From a virus (lineage: Duplodnaviria; Heunggongvirae; Uroviricota; Caudoviricetes): 64,000 nt of DNA. The DNA lies in IMG/VR virus record IMGVR_UViG_3300032242_001414, positions 9,079-73,078 of that record, one strand, 5' to 3'. Every line of letters starts with the position of its first letter. Within the stretch, counting starts at the first letter, position 1. Made by a program: the position numbers and the translations under genes. The notes beneath the pieces were generated by a model. The model did no database searches. It was given only the letters and a program-made list of their open reading frames with translations, and had not been told where the DNA came from. Positions 17,383 to 25,270 of this stretch are shown here, piece after piece.

Positions 17383-19334
17383 TAGAATAAACTTAATTGG
17401 TTCTTGTCAATATTGACTTTTCTTCTTTTACCTTCTAATTGTATCTTATGTACAATACGCTCAGCACGCTCTATATAATATGCGTGATTAATATTATCAA
17501 GAGAATAATCTGGTGATAGATGATTACATACAGTCATCAACCAATCACCTGCTTCCACTTGTGATACATCTGCAGCATTGGATGTACATTCAGGATTCTT
17601 AACCTTTAATAGTTTCTCTCCTGTATTAGATACATAATATCTAATTAGCTTGTTATATATTGTTTTCTCACTAGCTGAGTGACCTTCATAATGAAAGTCT
17701 TTACTAGATTTCTGACGTAAACAAAAGTCATATATATTCTTCCAATTACGAATAGTATCAGCAACAGGGATATTGCTAGTATAGTATAACTCGAGGGCAA
17801 TTGGAACAATCCTTGCACTTTTGTTCTTATGTAGCTCAAAGTCCGTGAGAAAGTCACCTTTCTTTTTAATTTCTCCATCTGTTTTGATTGCTAAATAGTC
17901 ATTAACTGTGCTGAATATAATCTTCTGGTAGTCTGTACGCTCTAGCTCATAACTAGTTAGCTCCATCCACCATTTGTTTATCTCATGCATCTTATCTATC
18001 TTATCTTTTGTTACCATAATGGTAACACCATCAGTATTAGCTGATATTATATTTATATCATTCAACTCATACTGCTCGATAAGCATAAGTAAACTCAATT
18101 CACCTGTAATAGTGGTAAACATAGTCAGTTGTCTATCATATATCCAGTTTTGCATATCACTAGACTTACCATAAACACTATTAACAGCAAGCTTAAGAGC
18201 ACCCACAATACCTTTGATTTTCTTATCTTTCTTAGCCAAAGGTTTAAGTTCGAGTCTCTTTTCAAACATCTGTTTATAGCCTCTGAGAAATTCAGGACCA
18301 AGGTGAGCAGGATAGCGAGCGTTGTTGATAATAATGGCAGGATAATAAGAAGACACATCCCAATCCACAATAAATGTTTCATCATCAGCTTCAAATATTT
18401 TAGGTTTATTCTCTGTATGCAGACCACCCTTGGCAAATGTATATGTATTACCATAGAATTCTAATGACTCTTTAAAATCATCAGTGAGTGTGAATATCTG
18501 CTTCTTGACATGCTTTAAGAACTGTTGAAGCTCTGGTGTCTGGAATGCTATATAATCAGCAATACAGTTCTTTGCTTTAACTTCCTTACGGAAATATCCT
18601 TTCTTTGGTAGTTCAGTGTAATGTATACCCTTCTCTTGGCAATAATACTTTTTAATCATCTCATCACCAATCTTACTGTCAGAATAGTTAAGACAAGGAA
18701 TACCAAACTCATCAAATATATCTTGTCTGAGTTCTATTTGGTTATTACCCTTGTACAATGGATGTTCAGTGTTACCTGTTGTCACCTTATAGAATTCATA
18801 GGTAGCCATTACATCATTATGACAATAATCCTTAGTTAGTTGAATCTCATCATCAGTCATATCAGTTTTACTGTGGTGGATAGGCATCTCTTCAATGTTC
18901 TCCAGATCCATCTCAAACTCTAATCGTTTTAATGATACACGTCTATTCTTATTATCATAGTGATTAACTCTGAATAAATCAATTTGCTTATTGTGTAACC
19001 ATTCCTCTTTATATTCAGGGAATACATCATAATTAGCATCATGTATTACATCTGCAGCCTTCTGAGCTATTATAGCTGTAACTTCAAGAGCACTTAATTC
19101 ATGCCATTGCTGATGATTTCTAATGATCCATTCAACCACCTGACTATCGAATCTAAGGTTATTATAGCCCACCCAATAGTATTCATCATATTGTTCAGTA
19201 AATCTAACAAATGCATCTAATTGATTAGTGTTTTTACTCACCTCGAAATCATGCATTGCACCAGTTCCAGGATTATATATGCTAACAAGAAACAGCTCCT
19301 GCATTGTTTCTATATCATAGATGAGTACGTTCAT
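17382..19334 (-). CDS. family B DNA polymerase (compact, 650 aa)
   Basis: Exo I LIYDIET, Exo II YNNLRFD, Exo III YCHNDV; polymerase motif A DVSSYYPAII (DxxSLYPS), motif B KLAVNSVYGK (KxxxNSxYG), motif C ISANTDGVTI (YxDTDS-like). Confidence 0.8.
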   Translation of the reverse strand: MNVLIYDIETMQELFLVSIYNPGTGAMHDFEVSKNTNQLDAFVRFTEQYDEYYWVGYNNLRFDSQVVEWIIRNHQQWHELSALEVTAIIAQKAADVIHDANYDVFPEYKEEWLHNKQIDLFRVNHYDNKNRRVSLKRLEFEMDLENIEEMPIHHSKTDMTDDEIQLTKDYCHNDVMATYEFYKVTTGNTEHPLYKGNNQIELRQDIFDEFGIPCLNYSDSKIGDEMIKKYYCQEKGIHYTELPKKGYFRKEVKAKNCIADYIAFQTPELQQFLKHVKKQIFTLTDDFKESLEFYGNTYTFAKGGLHTENKPKIFEADDETFIVDWDVSSYYPAIIINNARYPAHLGPEFLRGYKQMFEKRLELKPLAKKDKKIKGIVGALKLAVNSVYGKSSDMQNWIYDRQLTMFTTITGELSLLMLIEQYELNDINIISANTDGVTIMVTKDKIDKMHEINKWWMELTSYELERTDYQKIIFSTVNDYLAIKTDGEIKKKGDFLTDFELHKNKSARIVPIALELYYTSNIPVADTIRNWKNIYDFCLRQKSSKDFHYEGHSASEKTIYNKLIRYYVSNTGEKLLKVKNPECTSNAADVSQVEAGDWLMTVCNHLSPDYSLDNINHAYYIERAERIVHKIQLEGKRRKVNIDKNQLSLF

Positions 19335-19336
19335 AA

Positions 19337-19591
19337 CTATTCAGTTTCATTATTTAATACATCTTCAAACTTAGCTGCAGCTGCACTATCTTGTTCTTTT
19401 AATAGATCTAATGCAATATCATATCTATTTGCAATAGTTTGAGCATTAAATAACTCTAGTTGTAAACTGTCTATAGTGTTATTCAAACCATTTGATTTGT
19501 ATAAATTGATTTGTTTGTGCTGGTCATATATTATATAGAATAACACAAGCACAGAACTCAATGTAAGAATTGCGTTTATATACTTTTTCAT
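19337..19591 (-). CDS. small membrane protein (84 aa from internal ATG)
   Basis: Track ORF 19337..19681 overlaps the upstream gene in another frame; the ATG at 19591 (MKKYINAILTLSSVLVLFYIIY) abuts the upstream stop and gives one predicted TM helix. Confidence 0.4.
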   Translation of the reverse strand: MKKYINAILTLSSVLVLFYIIYDQHKQINLYKSNGLNNTIDSLQLELFNAQTIANRYDIALDLLKEQDSAAAAKFEDVLNNETE

Positions 19592-19592
19592 A

Positions 19593-19793
19593 TTATTTAT
19601 TTTTATGTCTATCATATCTCTTACCAAGATATGTAGTGTATCTATCATTCTTTTTAAATCTAGCTTTGCCCTTTTCTCCAAGCTGTATTATTTTAGTTTC
19701 CATATCAACATCGAATAGCTCATCATACGACAAGCTATCTCGATGCTTTTTGATACTAACCAAAATATCAGCTTCTGTTATATATGTTTCCAT
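19593..19793 (-). CDS. hypothetical protein (66 aa)
   Basis: ORF track. Confidence 0.4.
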   Translation of the reverse strand: METYITEADILVSIKKHRDSLSYDELFDVDMETKIIQLGEKGKARFKKNDRYTTYLGKRYDRHKNK

Positions 19794-20008
19794 TATATAT
19801 GTATTGTTTTAGCTATAGTTTTCCAATGATTTGGATCAGTCCAAAGATATCCTCTTGTATATTCTTGTTCTTCAATATACAATTGTAACCATATAATATG
19901 ATCAGTCATAGTAATCTTACTAAGAACCTGTGTTGGTAACCAAGCAAATCTAGTTTTAAATCTAACATCACCTAAACTAGGTTTATTATTTTTTATTTCC
20001 CATTTCAT
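19793..20008 (-). CDS. hypothetical protein (71 aa)
   Basis: ORF track. Confidence 0.4.
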   Translation of the reverse strand: MKWEIKNNKPSLGDVRFKTRFAWLPTQVLSKITMTDHIIWLQLYIEEQEYTRGYLWTDPNHWKTIAKTIHI

Positions 20009-20026
20009 AATGTGTAATTTAATGCA

Positions 20027-20158
20027 TTATTTTATTTTATATTGGTTAACCCAAATAGGTATTGAATAAAAAAACCATATTTTTCTTCTAACTGTATAAC
20101 CATTTTCATCTTCCCCACAATAAATTTCAAAGTTGTTTAATCCTTTTTTATATTTCAT
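20027..20158 (-). CDS. small hypothetical protein (43 aa), not in ORF track
   Basis: Hand translation MKYKKGLNNFEIYCGEDENGYTVRRKIWFFYSIPIWVNQYKIK; start codon in the conserved 21-nt leader. Confidence 0.3.
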   Translation of the reverse strand: MKYKKGLNNFEIYCGEDENGYTVRRKIWFFYSIPIWVNQYKIK

Positions 20159-20176
20159 AGGTTATTTGTTTTGGTA
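20156..20176 (-). promoter_or_regulatory. conserved 21-nt leader (site 4)
   Basis: CATAGGTTATTTGTTTTGGTAC; contains the ATG of small gene 20027..20158. Confidence 0.55.
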
Positions 20177-20184
20177 CAAAATTA

Positions 20185-20204
20185 CTTGAATACATATATG
20201 TATT
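20185..20204. repeat. perfect 20-bp palindrome TGAATACATATATGTATTCA
   Basis: Self-complementary by direct reading; lies between the stop of the GIY-YIG/HTH gene and the leader of the next small gene. Confidence 0.8.
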
Positions 20205-20213
20205 CATAAGTAT

Positions 20214-20792
20214 TTATACTGAGTTTTTTAATGTGGGAACTAATTTATATCCCAATATGTCTAATAGCTTTACAATAGTGTTATAAGAAGGATTACCCTT
20301 GTCTAATTCAATATCATTTAAAGTTCTTTGAGTTATTCCAGCTAATTCTGCTAAATCTCCTTGCTTTAAATTAAGAGATTTTCTTCTATTTCTAATGAGT
20401 CCACGTACAGTTGACACTTCAATAAGTGTATCATTTGTTCTTTTAAGTGCTTTTTCAAGATTGTATTGAGCAATATCAATAGCTTCTGTCAACTCTGCAA
20501 TATAATCACTTTTATAAATAAGTACATTTAAGAGCTGACAGCCTGCTTCTTCATAAAACTTTATCCAGAATTTCTCTCTTTCTATTAAACTATCTTGTGT
20601 AGGACATTCTTGAATAACATCTACCAAAGGACATAATCCTTGGTCTCTTAAATCTGAGACCCAATTATTTACTGATTCACTATGTGAGTATATTAGATGA
20701 GATTTAGCTCTTTTTATACCTGAGCTACTCTTTCCTATATACATATAGTTGTCTGTTTTTGGACATCTAAGTCCATATATTATGTATTGCAT
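20214..20792 (-). CDS. I-TevI-like GIY-YIG homing endonuclease fused to a C-terminal XRE-type HTH domain
   Basis: Track start is TTG; ATG at 20792 gives MQYIIYGLRCPKTDNYMYIGKSSSGIKRAKSH (GIY-YIG), and the C-terminus LKQGDLAELAGITQRTLNDIELDKGNPSYNTIVKLLDILGYKL is a Cro/C1-type HTH. Confidence 0.7.
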   Translation of the reverse strand: MQYIIYGLRCPKTDNYMYIGKSSSGIKRAKSHLIYSHSESVNNWVSDLRDQGLCPLVDVIQECPTQDSLIEREKFWIKFYEEAGCQLLNVLIYKSDYIAELTEAIDIAQYNLEKALKRTNDTLIEVSTVRGLIRNRRKSLNLKQGDLAELAGITQRTLNDIELDKGNPSYNTIVKLLDILGYKLVPTLKNSV

Positions 20793-20836
20793 ACACAAAT
20801 ATATGAAATATATTTCACATTGCCAAATCTAAACAG

Positions 20837-21160
20837 CTATTTCTTTGTAGTTTTTCTAGTTTTTACAAATGGTTCATCGCTCTTAGCTCCATTCATTTGC
20901 TTAGGATTATCTTTCTTCTTAGGAAATTTTACCTTCTCCCAATTAGGATTATTATTTCTAGTTTCACAAGCTGTAAGAAATGCTGCACTAAAGATATTAA
21001 ATAGCTTATCATCTTCTTCTAATAAACTAGCTAATGCAGTACCAAGTCCTGCACCATTTTCAATATCATCATGATATACTAATTCTACGTGATTACCAGT
21101 TACACCAATAAATAAGTGAGCTCTAATGTCTTTTACCTTTAAACTGTTAGCTTTTGCCAT
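20837..21160 (-). CDS. hypothetical protein (107 aa)
   Basis: ORF track. Confidence 0.45.
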   Translation of the reverse strand: MAKANSLKVKDIRAHLFIGVTGNHVELVYHDDIENGAGLGTALASLLEEDDKLFNIFSAAFLTACETRNNNPNWEKVKFPKKKDNPKQMNGAKSDEPFVKTRKTTKK

Positions 21161-21332
21161 ATTGTTCGTTTTTAATAATGATTGAATACACCTTTGTACC
21201 TTTTGTTCTTCTACGTTTGTCTAGCTTTTCTCTAAGCTCTTTGTTTTCTTGCTTATATTTAACTAGTTCATCACGTAAATAGTCTATTTCCATTTGTAAA
21301 ATGGCTGACTGTTTAACTTCGTAATTATTCAT
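21147..21332 (-). CDS. hypothetical coiled-coil protein (61 aa)
   Basis: ORF track; Lys/Glu-rich helical sequence. Confidence 0.4.
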   Translation of the reverse strand: MNNYEVKQSAILQMEIDYLRDELVKYKQENKELREKLDKRRRTKGTKVYSIIIKNEQYGKS

Positions 21333-21534
21333 TGTTGTCTATTTTTCTTCCTAATGAAGGATTATTCTGCAGACTTATCTGTCTGTTGTCTAATGACCAT
21401 ATATCACCATCATCCATAGCACACATAAATAGTGTGTAATGCTCTTGTGAATAATCTATTACCAGGAATGCATATCCTTTCATACCATCAGATTTCCTGG
21501 TTATTGGTATCATCGGATTTAGTTGTAGAATCAT
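21325..21534 (-). CDS. hypothetical protein (69 aa)
   Basis: ORF track. Confidence 0.35.
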   Translation of the reverse strand: MILQLNPMIPITRKSDGMKGYAFLVIDYSQEHYTLFMCAMDDGDIWSLDNRQISLQNNPSLGRKIDNNE

Positions 21535-21636
21535 GTCTATTAATTATGTTACCATCATCATCCATATATGGTGCCCTATGGAATTCATAGGACAACCATA
21601 TAATGGCAATGAATAACACAAAGATAATGAAATAAA

Positions 21637-21861
21637 TCATTTTTTGTAGTTTTTGAATCTAATTAATTTTCCTGGTGTATTATTGTACTCATCTGAAGGT
21701 GTGTACATATATCTACCATCCTTGATTACCAATCTTTTAGAAGCATCTATTCTAGATAGTCTATAAACTGCTTCAATGAACTTATCAGCAGCTGCATCAG
21801 CTGTGTAAGATAGCACATCAATGTGTGAATAGTTTCTACTTGAGTCTATTAGTGTGGGCAT
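21637..21861 (-). CDS. hypothetical protein (74 aa)
   Basis: ORF track. Confidence 0.4.
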   Translation of the reverse strand: MPTLIDSSRNYSHIDVLSYTADAAADKFIEAVYRLSRIDASKRLVIKDGRYMYTPSDEYNNTPGKLIRFKNYKK

Positions 21862-21862
21862 T

Positions 21863-22108
21863 TTAACTTAATTTTAGATTCTTATAATATTGTATATGTC
21901 TTTGTTCATCCCATAATTGCATCATAGAATGAGCATTATATATTCCTTCTCTATGTTCAACAGCTATACCAACATTGTTAGCAGCAGCCCATTGTTCATA
22001 TGTTAATTGTTCCTCTGGTGTAACAGTGGATTGTGTACGTATTACACAAACTCTTGGTCTATCTTCAGGAGCTTTGTCCTTAAATAGTAAATCTAATACA
22101 TTTTTCAT
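21863..22108 (-). CDS. hypothetical protein (81 aa)
   Basis: ORF track. Confidence 0.4.
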   Translation of the reverse strand: MKNVLDLLFKDKAPEDRPRVCVIRTQSTVTPEEQLTYEQWAAANNVGIAVEHREGIYNAHSMMQLWDEQRHIQYYKNLKLS

Positions 22109-22111
22109 ATA

Positions 22112-22303
22112 TTATTTATTTGGATTTTCAGATATACCACAAGTACCACTATATCCCATAGAAGTGTATGTTTTCTTTTCAAAAACTAAATCTAAGTGTT
22201 CTTTAATGATTTGTACCTGTGTTTCATCTAGTGATTGTAAATTAGATATTTTTGATATTTCAAAAAAACCTTGTAGCCAATAGGCAAATTCAAGTGAGTT
22301 CAT
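22112..22303 (-). CDS. hypothetical protein (63 aa)
   Basis: ORF track. Confidence 0.4.
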   Translation of the reverse strand: MNSLEFAYWLQGFFEISKISNLQSLDETQVQIIKEHLDLVFEKKTYTSMGYSGTCGISENPNK

Positions 22304-22325
22304 ATTTAATTTAATTTAATTTAAT
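22304..22325. repeat. short tandem repeat (TTTAA)x4
   Basis: atttaatttaatttaatttaat spanning the intergenic spacer between two minus-strand genes. Confidence 0.7.
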
Positions 22326-22845
22326 CATAATTTGATTCATCATCCATATCATCCCAATCTTCATAATCATCTGGTGTTGTATCCTCATCATATTCCTCAT
22401 CAGTTGGTAATCTAACAGTCACTTTATCCATATATAATATTGGTGTAACTATTTCTTCCCCATCATCATTAATAAATGCATACACCTCAATCTCTAATAT
22501 ACCATCCTCATTCTCTAATATATAGTTATAATCTTTAATATCTATATCTCTTAGTTCATCAGAATGTTCTCCCTCATCAAACCAACCTAATTGGTCTGGT
22601 GTGGCTAATGGATCAGCAAATGCATCAGGATTAGATGTAATAGTGAATATGAATGGTTCAACAGGCCAACCATTGATTAATATAAATGACTCTGTGTCTC
22701 TTGGTATTTCCTTAAGCTCAAACACCTCATAATACTCTATAAGTGTCTTAAGCTTTAGCATGCTCACCTTACGTAGGAATAGCATACCTATTTCAAATTT
22801 AGTTGGTATATATGATTTGAATACCAATTTAGCTAATATAAACAT
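22321..22845 (-). CDS. hypothetical protein with extremely acidic C-terminal half (174 aa)
   Basis: C-terminal ~90 aa rich in D/E, ending ...PTDEEYDEDTTPDDYEDWDDMDDESNYD. Confidence 0.5.
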   Translation of the reverse strand: MFILAKLVFKSYIPTKFEIGMLFLRKVSMLKLKTLIEYYEVFELKEIPRDTESFILINGWPVEPFIFTITSNPDAFADPLATPDQLGWFDEGEHSDELRDIDIKDYNYILENEDGILEIEVYAFINDDGEEIVTPILYMDKVTVRLPTDEEYDEDTTPDDYEDWDDMDDESNYD

Positions 22846-22865
22846 ATGTTAGTTTTTAATAATGA

Positions 22866-22898
22866 ATAAAAAATAGAGCCCAGCATTACACTGAGCTC
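22866..22898 (-). terminator. rho-independent terminator (minus strand)
   Basis: Minus-strand hairpin GAGCUCAG-uguaaug-CUGGGCUC followed by UAUUUUUU (plus A-run 22868-22873). Confidence 0.45.
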
Positions 22899-23066
22899 TA
22901 CCCCACACATTGCCTAATAGCCCAACTTTGACAATTCGTTAATATCAGCTGTAATAAATACATTCTGATGTTTAATTAGTTCTATTATATATTTAAACTT
23001 GGCTATTTGTTTAAATATGTAAAATTCTTTTGGTGTTAGTGTTATTGTTTTCATATTATTGCTATA

Positions 23067-23348
23067 TTAATATCTTTGTATTTCATCATAAAATGGTTTA
23101 CTTTTAGGCTTTGGACTAGATTCAAATAATCCTCTACCAGCATCATATCCTTTAAAATAATGATACATTTCATGTCTGTGTAAATAGCTATCTAAAAATA
23201 GATAGGCTACAATATAGCCTACAAAAGAAACAAAACTAACAGCTGCTAACATTCCAATAGAATACTCAAATGACATTGGTATAATAATGATGAGCACTGT
23301 GGTGATGATGAACATAGCAATAGCTATGTATAATTCAAGTTTTTTCAT
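23067..23348 (-). CDS. small two-TM membrane protein (93 aa), holin-like topology
   Basis: MKKLELYIAIAMFIITTVLIIIIPMSF and LAAVSFVSFVGYIVAYLFL hydrophobic segments followed by a charged C-terminus. Confidence 0.45.
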   Translation of the reverse strand: MKKLELYIAIAMFIITTVLIIIIPMSFEYSIGMLAAVSFVSFVGYIVAYLFLDSYLHRHEMYHYFKGYDAGRGLFESSPKPKSKPFYDEIQRY

Positions 23349-23883
23349 AAATAATGTGTGTTAATTGATTGATTAATAATAAGTTAGATTGAATAGAGCT
23401 CCCACATAGAGAATGCAGGAGCTTATTTCAATGATAAAAACAAACAATATGTAACTGGTTACATACTATCTTTAATACATTCTTACCTTTGGTAAACGCT
23501 AAAGGCTAATAACTAAAAGAATGTATAATAATGTTATATACCCATTGCTGCACCTAATACAGCACCAATAGTAATAATGACTAGAAATATAACTATATCT
23601 CTATCATCATCATGTTTAATAAGTTTCTTCATGTGTTGGATGTATTTAATGTGTGAATAAAATCCCTCTGTACTCAGATGTAGACTAAACTATTGCTTTA
23701 CAGGATGAATAGTTTTGCCTGTAACATGTCTTACATCTGTCTATCCTTGGGAAATAGAAATGGTACATTATCTATATAATTGTTATTTAATGCTATATAT
23801 ATCTTTTGTATAGCACGAATTATTGAATTGGTTTATATAGGCTATATACAGGGATGGATGACACACCCACTCATTTATCTCCA

Positions 23884-23903
23884 CAAAATGTTCCACGTGG
23901 AAC
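23884..23903. promoter_or_regulatory. candidate operator: AAAATGTTCCACGTGGAAC (perfect 14-bp palindrome GTTCCACGTGGAAC)
   Basis: Self-complementary core; near-identical copy at 24669..24688 on the other side of gene 24002..24421. Confidence 0.45.
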
Positions 23904-23949
23904 AATTCCAAGTGGTTGTGCCCACCCTAAAGCAATTCTGCCCACCCAT

Positions 23950-23994
23950 ATATATAATAAAATAACAAGTGGCTATTGCTAACCACCTGTTATT
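23950..23994 (-). terminator. strong rho-independent terminator for gene 24002..24421 (minus strand)
   Basis: Minus-strand 12-bp stem AATAACAGGTGG/CCACTTGTTATT (one G-U pair) with a 10-nt loop, followed by UUAUUAUAUAUAU. Confidence 0.55.
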
Positions 23995-24001
23995 CAATTA
24001 A

Positions 24002-24421
24002 TTACAAGCTTACTGAGATTAAATTCTTAATCTTATCTTCTGTAAGAGCTTCTACTTTGTACTCTTCAACAGCGATGTTATCAACTGAGTAGCTGATTAA
24101 GCCTGTGTTAGCATTTGGCATATTGATTTGGTTGTACAATTCGCCTGCTGAACTAACTTGTTCTTTAATTTCGAACCCTAATAATTGGTTCAATGTAATC
24201 TCTTTGCTTCTGAAGCTATCACTAACAGCTTGTGAACAAATCACTTGCTCTTGTGTACCGTCAGCTTTCTTAAGGATTACCACTAATCTTCTGTCTGTAG
24301 CAATTAAGTTAGAAGGAATGAAGTCAACACTTCCACCCTTACCTACTACTGATGCAACTGTACCTAATGATGTTGCATTAACTGTTGTTTGTGCTTCACG
24401 CACTTTGAAATTTAAAGCCAT
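24002..24421 (-). CDS. hypothetical protein (139 aa), apparently monocistronic
   Basis: ORF track; flanked upstream by the control region and downstream by a strong terminator; near-identical 19-nt palindromic sites lie on both sides. Confidence 0.55.
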   Translation of the reverse strand: MALNFKVREAQTTVNATSLGTVASVVGKGGSVDFIPSNLIATDRRLVVILKKADGTQEQVICSQAVSDSFRSKEITLNQLLGFEIKEQVSSAGELYNQINMPNANTGLISYSVDNIAVEEYKVEALTEDKIKNLISVSL

Positions 24422-25270
24422 TTTGTTTTGGTTTTATTTGTTATGAAAAATATTTAATATGTTGAAAGGGTTATGACAGGATAATCAGAGGGTTATGACA
24501 GGGTGCTAGTTGATTTTACTTTTACCCACTCCCTAGTCAAAATTAGTTCTTCTGACACAAGCACTAGGGGGCTAGCTCCAACCTCCCAACTTGCACAGGG
24601 GGTTCTGATATGGAGAGGACTACCCTCCCATCAATATAAAGGGTTTGTAAAATTGGAAAAAAAATTTTGTAAAATGTTCCACATGGAACTATAGTCATAA
24701 GCCTCTGATATACAACAGCTTAAGACATCCCTGTGTTAAATGTCCCAAAGCCCCATGTTAAATGTTTGCATGAATTTTTCCAAAGTTTCATGCAGGGGAT
24801 TGTCCAGTTAATTAACTAAAAAACTGGACATTTGGCAAGCTATAACCTAGCTATATCCTGCCAAAAGTCAAGTTCACCCTTTACTATTTACCTCCTATGG
24901 TAAAGCTATTGCCTGACTTATCATACATTATTATATCATTTTACATATAATGTATGATATAGTTTACATATTATATGCTTTAGAATATAATGTGTCTTAT
25001 AAGGGACACATCAAGCTATAGGTTGTCCTTTATAAGGGACATTATAATATGCTGTTGTACCAAGATTATAATATCCTGCTAGAAAAATAAATTTGGTAGT
25101 GTGAAATATATTACAGATTTTTGGGGGGGAATACAAGGGGGGGCTTGGAATAAGATATTCTACTATAGCTAATTGGGAAAAATAAAGCATAATATAGCAA
25201 TAAGTTTATGAATAACTAAAATAGTTATTTGACAATCAATAGAATATACATACCTTTGTGTTAATTATAT
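24422..25270. promoter_or_regulatory. divergent intergenic control region between the minus-strand early module and plus-strand late module
   Basis: ~850 bp without a convincing ORF. Contains direct repeats GGGTTATGACAGG x2 (24468-24480, 24490-24502), TGTTAAATGT x2, TTATAAGGGACA x2 (24997-25008, 25030-25041), AT-rich ACATATAATGT/ACATATTATATG repeats, a GC-rich island (24520-24640) and two G7 tracts (25123-25129, 25137-25143). Confidence 0.6.
24669..24688. promoter_or_regulatory. candidate operator copy 2: AAAATGTTCCACATGGAAC
   Basis: Differs by one base (G to A) from the 23884..23903 site; inverted arms GTTCCA/TGGAAC. Confidence 0.45.

Noticed and set aside
17645-18464. Several ORFs (both strands) internal to the DNA polymerase gene
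   Set aside because: Alternative-frame or antisense shadows within a well-supported 650-aa polymerase ORF; hydrophobic low-complexity translations typical of AT-rich antisense.
23780-23965. Track ORF (61 aa, plus strand) in the 23349-24001 non-coding stretch
   Set aside because: Lies on the strand opposite all neighbouring genes, covers the palindromic operator and the minus-strand terminator, and has no leader motif.
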